Part shown: in pieces, positions 16,582 through 25,647 of the stretch
Layout of the letters: each line of letters opens with the position of its first letter
How positions within the stretch are numbered: position 1 is the first letter of the stretch
Assembly: GCA_020632135.1 (NCBI GenBank)
Contig: JACKGC010000001.1
Coordinates: 180,241 to 244,240, forward strand
Source of the DNA: Candidatus Nomurabacteria bacterium
Lineage (GTDB): Bacteria > Patescibacteriota > Minisyncoccia > Phycocordibacterales > UBA918
Length of the DNA stretch: 64,000 bases
Direction of reading: 5' to 3'
The notes under the pieces: model-generated
Databases searched by the model: none
The model's input: only the letters and a program-made list of their open reading frames with translations
What the model was told of the DNA's origin: nothing
Program-made: the position numbers and the translations under genes

Positions 16582-17319
16582 ATGGTTTGTATAACTCGTC
16601 GCCAACATTATCCATTAAGCCTATTTAATTTGCGAACACCACAACGACGATTCTCAGGAAAAGATACCCGTACTCGGATCAACCAGGCCATTCGTGCGTC
16701 TGAGCTCCGTGTCATTGGACCTGAAGGTGAGAATCTCGGCACCCTCTCCCTCGCAGATGCACTCAAGGCAGCAGAAAAATATAAGCTCGATCTAATTGAG
16801 ATCTCACCGAATGCAAAGCCGCCGGTAGCCAAGATCACCGACTTCGGACAATACCGCTACGACACCAAGCGCAAAGCCAGTGCAGCGAAAGCGAAGGCGC
16901 ATGTGACCGAAACCAAGAGTGCCCAGGTTAAAATCGGTACTGGTGAACATGATATGCAACTAAAAGCTAAGCGTATCGCTGAATGGCTACAAGAAGGCCA
17001 TCGTGTAAAGGTAGACCTCTTCCTCTGGGGTCGCTACAAATATATGGAACAAGAGTTTCTAAAGGAACGACTCGACCGCTTCCTCAAGATCATCCCGGCT
17101 GACTACAAGATCGCAGACCCGATCAAGAAAAGTCCGAAGGGCTTCACCGCCACCATCGAACGCGACGGCAAGGCCAAGAAGGCTTCCGACAGACCAAAGG
17201 TTCTCGAAGAGGAAAAGAAACCTGAAGAAAAGAAGAAAAAGGAAGAAAAGCTAGACCAACCAAAGGAGAAGTCTAAGAAGAAATCCCTTGACGATCTGCT
17301 GGAGATGGGGATGGTGTAG
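16582..17319 (+). CDS. infC: translation initiation factor IF-3 with Lys/Glu-rich C-terminal tail
   Basis: RINQAIRASELRVIGPEGENLG...DLIEISPNAKPPVAKITDFGQYRY is recognisably IF-3. The true start is uncertain because IF-3 often uses a non-ATG start. The tail reads KKPEEKKKKEEKLDQPKEKSKKK. Confidence 0.85.
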   Translation: MVCITRRQHYPLSLFNLRTPQRRFSGKDTRTRINQAIRASELRVIGPEGENLGTLSLADALKAAEKYKLDLIEISPNAKPPVAKITDFGQYRYDTKRKASAAKAKAHVTETKSAQVKIGTGEHDMQLKAKRIAEWLQEGHRVKVDLFLWGRYKYMEQEFLKERLDRFLKIIPADYKIADPIKKSPKGFTATIERDGKAKKASDRPKVLEEEKKPEEKKKKEEKLDQPKEKSKKKSLDDLLEMGMV

Positions 17320-17355
17320 AAAAAGCCGGCGGCCCCGAAGGGGCCGCCGGCTTTT
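17320..17355. terminator. bidirectional terminator AAAAAGCCGGCGGCCCC-GAA-GGGGCCGCCGGCTTTT
   Basis: GC stem of the GGCCCC/GGGGCC family. Confidence 0.8.
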
Positions 17356-17465
17356 CACTGGACTTTTAAGCTCTAATACGGTATATTTTGCCCACTTTGC
17401 CAGAGGCGAAACACCCCTTGTTTTTGCCTGACGGCTGAAGCCCGATCAAAAATTCGAATTTTATT

Positions 17466-17657
17466 ATGAAAACCAACAAGTCATTCACAAAGCGCATCAA
17501 AGTGACCAAGAACGGCAAGCTTATCGCACGCAAGCCGGGACAGAACCACTTTAATGCCCGCCAGACTGGGCAGCAGCGTCTCGCGCGCAAGCGCACGCAG
17601 GCTCTCACTATGAGCAAGCGCATTACTCGTCGTTTCTTGCCAAAAAGTGGCGCTTAA
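17466..17657 (+). CDS. rpmI: 50S ribosomal protein L35
   Basis: MKTNKSFTKRIKVTKNGKLIARKPGQNH is typical bL35. Sits between infC and rplT. Confidence 0.9.
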   Translation: MKTNKSFTKRIKVTKNGKLIARKPGQNHFNARQTGQQRLARKRTQALTMSKRITRRFLPKSGA

Positions 17658-17676
17658 TTAACAGTAAGATAGAACT

Positions 17677-18021
17677 ATGGCACGTGTAAAAGGAGGCCTC
17701 ATGGCCCAGAAGCGCCGACGCAATATCCTTGACGAAGTAAAGGGATACCGTCTCCAGCGCTCAAAGAAGAAGCGCGTCGCTCGCGAAGCGATCTACCACG
17801 CACAGCTTCATGCGTTTGCGCACCGCAAGGACAAGAAGAACGACTTCCGTCGTCTCTTCACTGTCCGCATCAACGCTGCACTAATGGCTCATGGCCTCAA
17901 GTACAGTCGCTTCATCAAGATGCTCAAAGACAAGCAGATCGAGCTCGACCGCAAGGTGCTCGCACAGCTCGCTGTTGAGAACCCAGACGCATTCGCGCGA
18001 CTCGTAGCTGAAGTTAAGTAG
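17677..18021 (+). CDS. rplT: 50S ribosomal protein L20
   Basis: MARVKGG...RRRNILDEVKGY...FRRLFTVRINAA is typical bL20. Confidence 0.95.
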   Translation: MARVKGGLMAQKRRRNILDEVKGYRLQRSKKKRVAREAIYHAQLHAFAHRKDKKNDFRRLFTVRINAALMAHGLKYSRFIKMLKDKQIELDRKVLAQLAVENPDAFARLVAEVK

Positions 18022-18046
18022 ACTACCGAGTCTTCAGCGATACACC

Positions 18047-18075
18047 TGCCGGCCCCAAAGGGGCCGGCCGGTTTT
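18047..18075 (+). terminator. terminator CCGGCCCC-AAA-GGGGCCGG followed by TTTT
   Basis: GC stem downstream of rplT. Confidence 0.7.
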
Positions 18076-18120
18076 GTTATACACTTCCCTTCCGCTCTGA
18101 TACACGTTAGACTCCCCCGC

Positions 18121-19638
18121 ATGAATACTGCAAAAACGACACCGGTAGCGCTTATCGTGCTTGATGGCTGGGGGCACCGCGAAGAACTGGAAGACAACGC
18201 CATTGGCACTGCTGCCACACCCTTTTACGATCACCTCATGGCCACCTACCCACACGCCCTACTGGACGCAAGCTCAGGCAGTGTCGGCTTGCCCGAAGGT
18301 CAGATGGGCAATAGCGAGGTCGGTCACATGACCATCGGCGCCGGCAAGATCATCGACACTGATCTGGTACGAATTTCCAAAGCTGCACAAAATAACGAAT
18401 TTGCCACCAACCCCGCCTTCGTGCAGCTCTTTGATCACGTGAAGCAGTACAACTCCACCCTGCACGTAAAAGGGCTCGTTTCGCCCGGGGGGATTCACAG
18501 TCACAGCCAACACCTCTTTGCGTTTCTCAAGGCCGCCAAAGAAGCTGGTATCACCAAGATCGCTATTCACGCCTTCACCGATGGTCGCGACACCGGCCCG
18601 AAGGAAGCGGCTGCATACCTGAAAGAACTCGAGGACATCATCGATGATCTGGGCATTGGCGTGATCGCCACCGCTTCAGGCCGACTCTATGCCATGGACC
18701 GCGACAACAACTGGGACCGGCTGGAGAAAGTTGAGAAGGCTGTCTTTGAGGGTGTGTGCGATCTTGAGTATACAAACTGCAAGCCCTCAGAAGTAGTGAA
18801 GGAACTCTATGCAGAAGGTGTGATCGACGAACTCATGGAGCCGGTCGTGTTCTTAAACGCGCTTGGCGAGCGATACACCGTACAAGCAAACGATGGCGTC
18901 TTCTTCTTTAACTTCCGTTCTGACCGCGCGCGCATGCTCTCCACCAAGATCAGTGAAAAAGCCCAGAATGAAAACCTTTGCTTCGTGACCATGACGCAGT
19001 ACGACAAGAACCTTCCCGCGCTCGTCGCCTTTCCACCGATCGATATTGATACGACACTCGCAAACGAGATCTCACTCGCCGGCCTGACCCAAGCGCACAT
19101 CGCCGAGACCGAAAAGTACCCGCACGCTACCTACTTTCTCAACTGTCTGCATGAGGGACAATACCCCGGTGAAGAGCACCTTCTCGTACCAAGTCAGAAG
19201 GTGAAGACACACGACCTTGCGCCAGAAATGCGTGCGAAAGAGATCGCTGATAAGGCAGTGGAACAGATTGAAAACGGGACTGACTTTCTCTTCATCAACT
19301 TTGCCAATGCCGACATGGTCGGTCACACCGGCAATGTTGAGGCGATCAAAGTGGCGGTGGAGACGGTTGACCGGGAACTGAAGCGCGTAGCCGAGGCGGT
19401 ACTCGCCAAGGGCGGTGTGCTTTTCATCACCGCCGATCACGGTAACGCCGAGCAAAACGTCGACCGCACCACCGGCGAAAAGCACACCGCCCACACCACC
19501 AACTTGGTGCCCGCGATCATCACGAAGGAAGGTATCACCGTGCAAAACGGCACCCTAGCCGACGTGGCTCCCACCACCCTCTCACTCCTTGGCCTCACGC
19601 CACCAGAGGCGATGACGGGAGAAAACTTGCTAGCGTAG
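18121..19638 (+). CDS. gpmI: 2,3-bisphosphoglycerate-independent phosphoglycerate mutase
   Basis: LIVLDGWG, MGNSEVGHMTIGAG, SPGGIHSH, FTDGRDT and ITADHGNAE motifs. Confidence 0.95.
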   Translation: MNTAKTTPVALIVLDGWGHREELEDNAIGTAATPFYDHLMATYPHALLDASSGSVGLPEGQMGNSEVGHMTIGAGKIIDTDLVRISKAAQNNEFATNPAFVQLFDHVKQYNSTLHVKGLVSPGGIHSHSQHLFAFLKAAKEAGITKIAIHAFTDGRDTGPKEAAAYLKELEDIIDDLGIGVIATASGRLYAMDRDNNWDRLEKVEKAVFEGVCDLEYTNCKPSEVVKELYAEGVIDELMEPVVFLNALGERYTVQANDGVFFFNFRSDRARMLSTKISEKAQNENLCFVTMTQYDKNLPALVAFPPIDIDTTLANEISLAGLTQAHIAETEKYPHATYFLNCLHEGQYPGEEHLLVPSQKVKTHDLAPEMRAKEIADKAVEQIENGTDFLFINFANADMVGHTGNVEAIKVAVETVDRELKRVAEAVLAKGGVLFITADHGNAEQNVDRTTGEKHTAHTTNLVPAIITKEGITVQNGTLADVAPTTLSLLGLTPPEAMTGENLLA

Positions 19639-19686
19639 CCTCGCCCCACCGATCTAAGTAGGCAACAATGCTAATTGTTATCTTCA

Positions 19687-19732
19687 GGCAAGCCAAAAAA
19701 CATATCATATATGATATGTTTTTTGGCTTGCC
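19687..19732. repeat. 46-bp perfect palindrome between gpmI and eno
   Basis: GGCAAGCCAAAAAACATATCAT-AT-ATGATATGTTTTTTGGCTTGCC. Confidence 0.85.
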
Positions 19733-19819
19733 AGCGAAAGCACAGATCATCAATATCATCTCCACCTACACCGTGCTATACTCCACTCCTATCAATCAGA
19801 TATTTCACTGAAAACGAAC

Positions 19820-21118
19820 ATGGCAAAGATCCAACAAGTTACCGGACGAGAGATACTCGATTCACGCGGCAATCCGACCGTCGCAGTCACTGTCACTCTT
19901 GAAGGCGGCATTTCTGCAGAGGCGATGGTGCCTTCAGGCGCTTCAACCGGCGCACATGAAGCGGTCGAGCTTCGGGATGGCGACAAAAACCGCTACCTCG
20001 GCAAGGGCGTACAGAAAGCAGTCGAGCATGTGAACACCGTCCTCGCTGAAGCAGTTGTTGGTCTCGATGCGGCTGATCAGCAGTCGATCGACAATGCCAT
20101 GATCGCCCTTGACGGCACACCAAATAAAGGCCGCCTCGGTGCCAACGCCATCCTTGGCGTGTCCCTCGCCGCAGCTCGCGCGGCTGCCCTTGAGCAAGGG
20201 GTACCCCTCTACGAGCACATCAATACCCTGCTGGGAACCAAGCAACCCGTTGCTCTCCCGGTGCCAATGTTCAATGTCCTCAATGGCGGCGTCCATAGTG
20301 ACTCTGGCCTCTCCTGCCAAGAATTCATGCTCGTGCCACACGGCATTGCAGAATACCCGGAGCAACTGCGCGCTGGTGCTGAGATCTTCCATACACTCAA
20401 GAAGCTCCTTGGCGATGCTGATCTCTCCACCAGCGTGGGTGACGAGGGCGGCTTTGCGCCACGCGTGAAAGACCATGACGAAGCATTTTCATTTTTGCTC
20501 AAGGCCATCGAAGCGGCTGGCTACGTACCCGGCAAGAACGTCTCGATCGCGCTTGATACCGCTGCCAGTGAATTCTTTAACAAAGAAACCGGCCTCTATG
20601 ACCTCAGCCCAGAGGGTGAATCACTGAAGGCGGAAGAATTGGTACAGCACTACCAAGCCTGGCAAGAGAAGTATCATGTGATCTCCATCGAAGACGGCCT
20701 CCATGAAGATGACTGGGCCGAGTGGAGCAAGATGGTGGAGGTTCTACCAAAAGCCAAGCAGTTCATTATTGCCTCTCACCCAGAAAAGATCGAGTCTGAC
20801 TTTATGCTCGTGGGCGACGACCTTCTTGTGACCAATCCAAAGCGCCTCGAGAAAGCCATTGCTGAAAAGGCCTGTACCGCCATTCTCATCAAGGTGAATC
20901 AGATCGGTACACTCTCAGAGACACTCGACTGTATCCGGATGGCGCAAGCGAACAACATTCGCGTCGTCGTCTCTCACCGCTCTGGTGAAACCACCGACGA
21001 CTTTATTGCCGACCTGGCGGTTGGTACCGGCGCCGAAGCGATCAAGACCGGTTCCCTTTCCCGTGGTGAACGGCTCGCTAAGTACAATCGACTGCTGGCG
21101 ATTGGGGAGGAACTATAG
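19820..21118 (+). CDS. eno: enolase
   Basis: [29 protein letters not shown] and SHRSGETTD motifs. Confidence 0.97.
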   Translation: MAKIQQVTGREILDSRGNPTVAVTVTLEGGISAEAMVPSGASTGAHEAVELRDGDKNRYLGKGVQKAVEHVNTVLAEAVVGLDAADQQSIDNAMIALDGTPNKGRLGANAILGVSLAAARAAALEQGVPLYEHINTLLGTKQPVALPVPMFNVLNGGVHSDSGLSCQEFMLVPHGIAEYPEQLRAGAEIFHTLKKLLGDADLSTSVGDEGGFAPRVKDHDEAFSFLLKAIEAAGYVPGKNVSIALDTAASEFFNKETGLYDLSPEGESLKAEELVQHYQAWQEKYHVISIEDGLHEDDWAEWSKMVEVLPKAKQFIIASHPEKIESDFMLVGDDLLVTNPKRLEKAIAEKACTAILIKVNQIGTLSETLDCIRMAQANNIRVVVSHRSGETTDDFIADLAVGTGAEAIKTGSLSRGERLAKYNRLLAIGEEL

Positions 21119-21149
21119 ATAAAATTAATTCTTATACACCAATAAAAAG

Positions 21150-21178
21150 CAGCCGTGATCCTCATAAGGTCACGGCTG
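21150..21178 (+). terminator. hairpin CAGCCGTGA-(11 nt)-TCACGGCTG after eno
   Basis: 9-bp stem with a weak T tail. Confidence 0.5.
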
Positions 21179-21224
21179 TTGCATTACGCTCCCTCGGGAG
21201 CTAAACAGAGAGAACGTGTTTGAA

Positions 21225-21351
21225 ATCTGGAAATTTAAATTGGACGAAGTTCGAGGAAGCCAAGGAAATTATTTTGAGTCGTACTTAGTGGTACGGTGAA
21301 AAATAATTTCCGCAGACTGACAAAGAAATTCGCCAATTTTATTTTCCAGAT
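21225..21351. repeat. 127-bp AT-rich nested inverted repeat (rod-like hairpin with central bubble)
   Basis: Outer arms 21225-21243 / 21333-21351, inner arms 21264-21275 / 21300-21311, apical CGTAC/GTACG stem. The inner arms resemble the 53.6-kb element. Confidence 0.7.
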
Positions 21352-22718
21352 CAGAAATCTATCTCCACCTCCGCATTCTCCTCCGGCGCAATTGCGTTCA
21401 CCCCGAGATAATCGCGCAAGCGCTGCGTGAGGAAGAGCGACGCACGCTCCTCACCCATGGTCACAAACACCTGCTTTGGCTGATAGTCTTGCGTACCGTT
21501 GTACACGAGGTCAATGAGCTGGTTGCGGTCAGCGTGGGCGGAGTAGCCACGAATGGTCGCCACCTGCGCCTTCACCCGCACCTGCATACCATCGATCCAC
21601 ACCTGCTTGGCGCCGTCTTGGAGCAAGCGACCAATACTTCCCACTGTTTGATACCCAACTAAAAGCAACGTGGTCTTGGTGTCACCAAGGAACTGCTTCT
21701 CGTGGTTGCGTATCCGGCCGCCATGGCTCATGCCCGAGCCGGCGATGATGATCTTTGGTCCACCGTAGCGAGCGATCATGCTCGACTCTTTCATGGTCTC
21801 GGTGAACGAAAGTCCTTCAAAGGTGAAGATATCATCGCCGGCTTTGATCTGCTCGGCCACTTCAGGCTTCATAAACTCAGTCGCATGACGGTAGACATCG
21901 GTCACCCGGATCGCGAGCGGTGAATCGAGGTAGGTCTTGATGGATGGCACTTCCCCTGACTCGATAAGGTTGTTGATCTCAAAGAGAATACCCTGGGTAC
22001 GCTCAAGTGAAAAGGCAGGAATGATGAGCGTACCCTCCTTGCGAATAGTCTCCTCTATGAAGTGTTTGAGCATGTCGGTACGCTCTTCCACTTCTTCATG
22101 CACACGATCGCCGTAGACACTTTCCATTACCATGTAGTCGTACTGCTCCGGCACTTCTGGGTGAGCCATGAGCGGCTGAGGCGCATTGCCGATATCACCC
22201 GTAAAGACCACCTTCTTGCCGAAGCGCGTGAACTGCACCATGGCTGAGCCAAGGATATGACCGGCATTGGTGAAGGTGGCTTCGACATCATCCTCAAGAG
22301 TAATGGGCTCGTGGTACGCGGCGGTCTCCCAGAGCGCAAGGGCACGATCGATGTCTTGTCGGCCATAGAGCGGCTGGCGTTCGTCGCGCTCTGCTTCGTA
22401 CTCCATAATATGCAGCGCATCATCAAACATGATCTGCGCGAGCGCTTTGGTCGGCTCGGTGGAGTAGATTACTCCGGCAAAGCCGTCTCGCACGAGCTTG
22501 GGAATCCGGCCAATATGATCAGCGTGCGCATGGGTCACAAACAACACATCGATGTGTGCCGGGTCGTATACAAATGGCTCAGCATTACGATCAGCCGCAA
22601 ATTTATCACCTTGCTCCAAACCACAATCGACCAGCACAGCCAACTTACCCGTGTCGAGCATAAAGTTTGCACCCGTCACCGAACCAACTCCTCCATAGAA
22701 TCCGATCGTTGCACTCAT
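21351..22718 (-). CDS. MBL-fold beta-CASP RNA-metabolising hydrolase
   Basis: HAHADHIG motif and 455 aa with beta-CASP style architecture. Confidence 0.8.
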   Translation of the reverse strand: MSATIGFYGGVGSVTGANFMLDTGKLAVLVDCGLEQGDKFAADRNAEPFVYDPAHIDVLFVTHAHADHIGRIPKLVRDGFAGVIYSTEPTKALAQIMFDDALHIMEYEAERDERQPLYGRQDIDRALALWETAAYHEPITLEDDVEATFTNAGHILGSAMVQFTRFGKKVVFTGDIGNAPQPLMAHPEVPEQYDYMVMESVYGDRVHEEVEERTDMLKHFIEETIRKEGTLIIPAFSLERTQGILFEINNLIESGEVPSIKTYLDSPLAIRVTDVYRHATEFMKPEVAEQIKAGDDIFTFEGLSFTETMKESSMIARYGGPKIIIAGSGMSHGGRIRNHEKQFLGDTKTTLLLVGYQTVGSIGRLLQDGAKQVWIDGMQVRVKAQVATIRGYSAHADRNQLIDLVYNGTQDYQPKQVFVTMGEERASLFLTQRLRDYLGVNAIAPEENAEVEIDF

Positions 22719-23092
22719 AGTTTGCTTATTGTATATCGTCGCAGCATTGCATACATCAGTAATCCCCCGCTAAAGCCAACTACCATGTCTTTTGCGGTGT
22801 CGACCAGGTACGTCTCTGGATCGTACAAGCCAACCAACCACTCAAAGACCTCCCAACACACGGTGACACACAGTAATACTCCCAGCATGAGCTTGAGAGT
22901 TGGGGTAAAGTGAAAGCGACTAAACGTTGCTAACGAGAACACTCCAAGTGCTAACAAAGTACCTCCCCAGAAATGCATCATGATATCAAACCACCAGTAG
23001 TACCAGTAGAGTGAGGCAAACACGGCAAAGGCGTGCACGGCAGCAAACGCGGTCGCGAGGAGCAGGAAAATGATGACGATGCCGTGAATCAT
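22715..23092 (-). CDS. hypothetical 4-TM membrane protein
   Basis: 125-aa hydrophobic ORF. Its stop overlaps the start of the downstream gene by 4 nt. Confidence 0.55.
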   Translation of the reverse strand: MIHGIVIIFLLLATAFAAVHAFAVFASLYWYYWWFDIMMHFWGGTLLALGVFSLATFSRFHFTPTLKLMLGVLLCVTVCWEVFEWLVGLYDPETYLVDTAKDMVVGFSGGLLMYAMLRRYTISKL

Positions 23093-23234
23093 GAGCCTTA
23101 TAGTAGCAAGGAATAGGCTGGCCGCGAAGCGGCCAGCCTAACTACAATTTCAAAAACGTCGACACTTTGCGGCGGACTGAAGCTGCAATGTACTGGCGTG
23201 TTTTCGATATAGTCGCTACGTCCATTATCTCAAA

Positions 23235-23416
23235 CAAAAAAGCTCCCTGGAGGGGGAGCCTTTTCCGTGGAACCACTCGTATGCTCCTGATGTAAGACAC
23301 CAGGTGGGCACCTGCTCTGACCGGATTATTCGAAATCTCTTGCGAGTTCTCGGCACCGCTCACGACTAGAGGCAGCCCGATACATATGTAATCAGAACAT
23401 ACGTATATGGTTCCAC
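23235..23416 (-). ncRNA. unclassified sRNA of about 180 nt (ends pair; own promoter and terminator)
   Basis: The 5' GUGGAACC pairs with the 3' GGUUCCAC. Further rod-like pairing comes from CGUAUG/CAUACG and CUGAU/AUCAG. Terminator is GCUCCC-CCUCCA-GGGAGC followed by U6. The 102-aa ORF on the track looks spurious. Confidence 0.5.
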
Positions 23417-23421
23417 TTATT

Positions 23422-23450
23422 ATGGTATGCCTAGACGATATTTTTGTCAA
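23422..23450 (-). promoter_or_regulatory. sigma70-like promoter TTGACA-N17-TACCAT for the sRNA
   Basis: Consensus -35 at 23445-23450 (minus strand) with a 17-nt spacer. Confidence 0.55.
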
Positions 23451-23453
23451 AGG

Positions 23454-23491
23454 AAAACCGGCCGGGCCCCTTCGGGGCCCGGCCGGTTTTT
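23454..23491. terminator. bidirectional terminator AAAACCGGCCGGGCCCC-TTCG-GGGCCCGGCCGGTTTTT
   Basis: 13-bp GC stem with a UUCG loop. A 37-nt stretch is identical to 35758-35794. Confidence 0.85.
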
Positions 23492-23500
23492 ACGATCATT

Positions 23501-24106
23501 CTACTCCCCCTTCCCATCGAGGTTCACGTCGTACATGATGCGCTCTTGAGCGGTGATATACTGCATGATCTCGGCGTCGCTAAACCAGATCTTGATCTCG
23601 CGTTCAGCTTCTTCTGGAGATTCTGATTGGTGCACCAGGTTGCGCACCGCGCGATCTTCGTACGTAGCGTGAGAGAATGAATCGAGCGTGTAATCACCAC
23701 GAATAGTTCCCACATCTGAGGTGGCTGGCTCTGTGGTACCCACGATCTTGGTCACCACTGCCGTTGCCTGATTACCTTCAAACACAAGCGCTACGATCGG
23801 GCTGGCCTGCATGTACTTCACCACGGTGCGGATGATGTCCTTGCCGTACTCGATCGGTTCCTTTTCGACTTCTCGCCCTTGCGCTTTCAAGTCTTCAACG
23901 ATTCCCTTACCCTTCTTTTCATACCAAGCATCATCCTTGTTGTAGTGATCAAGGAGCTGTGCTTCAGTCGCGTTCAACATCTTCATGGCGCTGATCTTTA
24001 GGCCCGTCTGCTCAAAGCGCTTGATAATTTCACCGACGAGACTACGCTGTACCGCGTCGGTCTTGAGGAGCACTAATGATCGTTCTTGATTTGGTCGTTT
24101 TGACAT
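23501..24106 (-). CDS. ndk: nucleoside diphosphate kinase (long form)
   Basis: ERSLVLLKTDAVQRSLVGEIIKRFE...VALVFEG...TIRGDY...NLVHQSES is an NDK core with insertions. Confidence 0.8.
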   Translation of the reverse strand: MSKRPNQERSLVLLKTDAVQRSLVGEIIKRFEQTGLKISAMKMLNATEAQLLDHYNKDDAWYEKKGKGIVEDLKAQGREVEKEPIEYGKDIIRTVVKYMQASPIVALVFEGNQATAVVTKIVGTTEPATSDVGTIRGDYTLDSFSHATYEDRAVRNLVHQSESPEEAEREIKIWFSDAEIMQYITAQERIMYDVNLDGKGE

Positions 24107-24272
24107 AATTGCGACTTATTTTTATGGCCGCAGTATAGCAAAAAGAACTAAAAAACCAAATGGTACACATAAAAGAACCCCGCTTGGAAAGCGGGGTAAA
24201 GGTTCCACCAAAGGGATTCATCTGCTTGGCTCGCAATACCAAGCGAGACTCACGCAATGTATATCTTTATCA

Positions 24273-25043
24273 CTATTTTGTCAAAATCAGTGGACCATTC
24301 TCAGTGATAGCCACCGTATGTTCAAAGTGCGCACTCATTGACTCATCAGCGGTGTAGACACTGTAGCCATCACCCTCATCATCAAAGTAGACATCTGGGC
24401 CACCCGCATTCACGATCGGCTCAATGGCGTACACGTGCCCCACCTCAATAAGCGGCCCAGTGCCTTTTGTGCCAAAGTTAGGAATAGTTGGCTCCTCATG
24501 CACAGCGTACCCGACACCGTGCCCGCAGAGCACCTCTACCACTGAAAAACCCTTCGATTCTACAAATTCCTGAATGGCTGCACTGATGTCACCAATGTGA
24601 TTGCCGGGCACTGCCTGTTTAATACCGATCGCGCGTGCCTCCTCGGTGACCGCGAGCAGTTTGCGATCCTCGGCTGAGATCTCACCACACGGGACAGTGA
24701 TACCAGAATCTACGATCATACCTTTATGTCCGATCGACATATCAATATTGACCGTGTCTCCTTCCTGGAGCACCACATCCTCTGAAGGAATGCCGTGCTG
24801 CACACAATTGTTCACCGACACACAGAGCGATGCCGGATAGGGTCGATCGGCAAACCCTGGATGATACCCCAAGAGCACCGGCTCGACTCCGAACTCTTCG
24901 GCCAACTCCATGGCCCGGTCATCAAGGTGCAGTGTGGTCACGCTCGGCTTGATCTCTTTGGCCACCTCTTTGAGAATACGCGCCAAAATAGACCCTGCTT
25001 CTTTGAGGATCTCGATCTCTTCTGGTGTCTTTTTGGTAATCAT
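24273..25043 (-). CDS. map: type I methionine aminopeptidase
   Basis: KTPEEIEILKEAG, DTVNIDMS, GHGVG and FEHTVAIT motifs. Confidence 0.95.
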   Translation of the reverse strand: MITKKTPEEIEILKEAGSILARILKEVAKEIKPSVTTLHLDDRAMELAEEFGVEPVLLGYHPGFADRPYPASLCVSVNNCVQHGIPSEDVVLQEGDTVNIDMSIGHKGMIVDSGITVPCGEISAEDRKLLAVTEEARAIGIKQAVPGNHIGDISAAIQEFVESKGFSVVEVLCGHGVGYAVHEEPTIPNFGTKGTGPLIEVGHVYAIEPIVNAGGPDVYFDDEGDGYSVYTADESMSAHFEHTVAITENGPLILTK

Positions 25044-25046
25044 ACG

Positions 25047-25643
25047 CTAGGCAAGCGCTAAGGCTTGAATGATCTGCTGGTGTACCCCATCAATGGTATC
25101 AGTCCCATCGAGGTCGTGCACGTGCGTGTCGGGTCGGACCCGGTAGTAATCGAGCACCGGTAGCGTATCTTCACGATACCATCGCAATCGCTCCTCGATC
25201 GACTCTTTAGTGTCATCAGCCCGTGCTCGTTCGTACATGCGCTGTCGCACTACCTCCTCTGGTGTGTCGAGATTTACCACATGCACCTCATCACGGTCGA
25301 AGAACTCAAGGGCATTTTCGAGTACTTCGGCCTGCGGGACCGTGCGCGGAAAGCCGTCGATAAGCAAGTGACTCTTTGGGTCGAGCTGGTCAAGCATAGC
25401 CTGGCCCCAGAGAATGTGGGTGAGGAAGTCTGGTTGCAGCACACCCGTATCAAGGGTGGCGTTGATCTTGCGCTCAGCGAAGGTTTCATGCTTCGCGGCG
25501 AGCGCCCGAAAACGACGGCCGGTTTGAATATCGACAACTCGCCTGGCTGGATCTTTCGCTGCAATTACTTTGTACAGTTGCTCAATCTGCGTACCCTTAC
25601 CGCTTCCCTGTGGACCAATAAAAATTACCGTGGTTGGTTTCAT
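25047..25643 (-). CDS. adk: adenylate kinase
   Basis: FIGPQGSGKGTQ P-loop and LIDGFPRT motif. Sits next to map. Confidence 0.9.
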   Translation of the reverse strand: MKPTTVIFIGPQGSGKGTQIEQLYKVIAAKDPARRVVDIQTGRRFRALAAKHETFAERKINATLDTGVLQPDFLTHILWGQAMLDQLDPKSHLLIDGFPRTVPQAEVLENALEFFDRDEVHVVNLDTPEEVVRQRMYERARADDTKESIEERLRWYREDTLPVLDYYRVRPDTHVHDLDGTDTIDGVHQQIIQALALA

Positions 25644-25647
25644 ATAC

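Noticed and set aside
23142-23450. 102-aa minus-strand ORF on the track.
   Set aside because: It has no SD and an implausible sequence. The interval is better explained by a promoter-to-terminator structured RNA.
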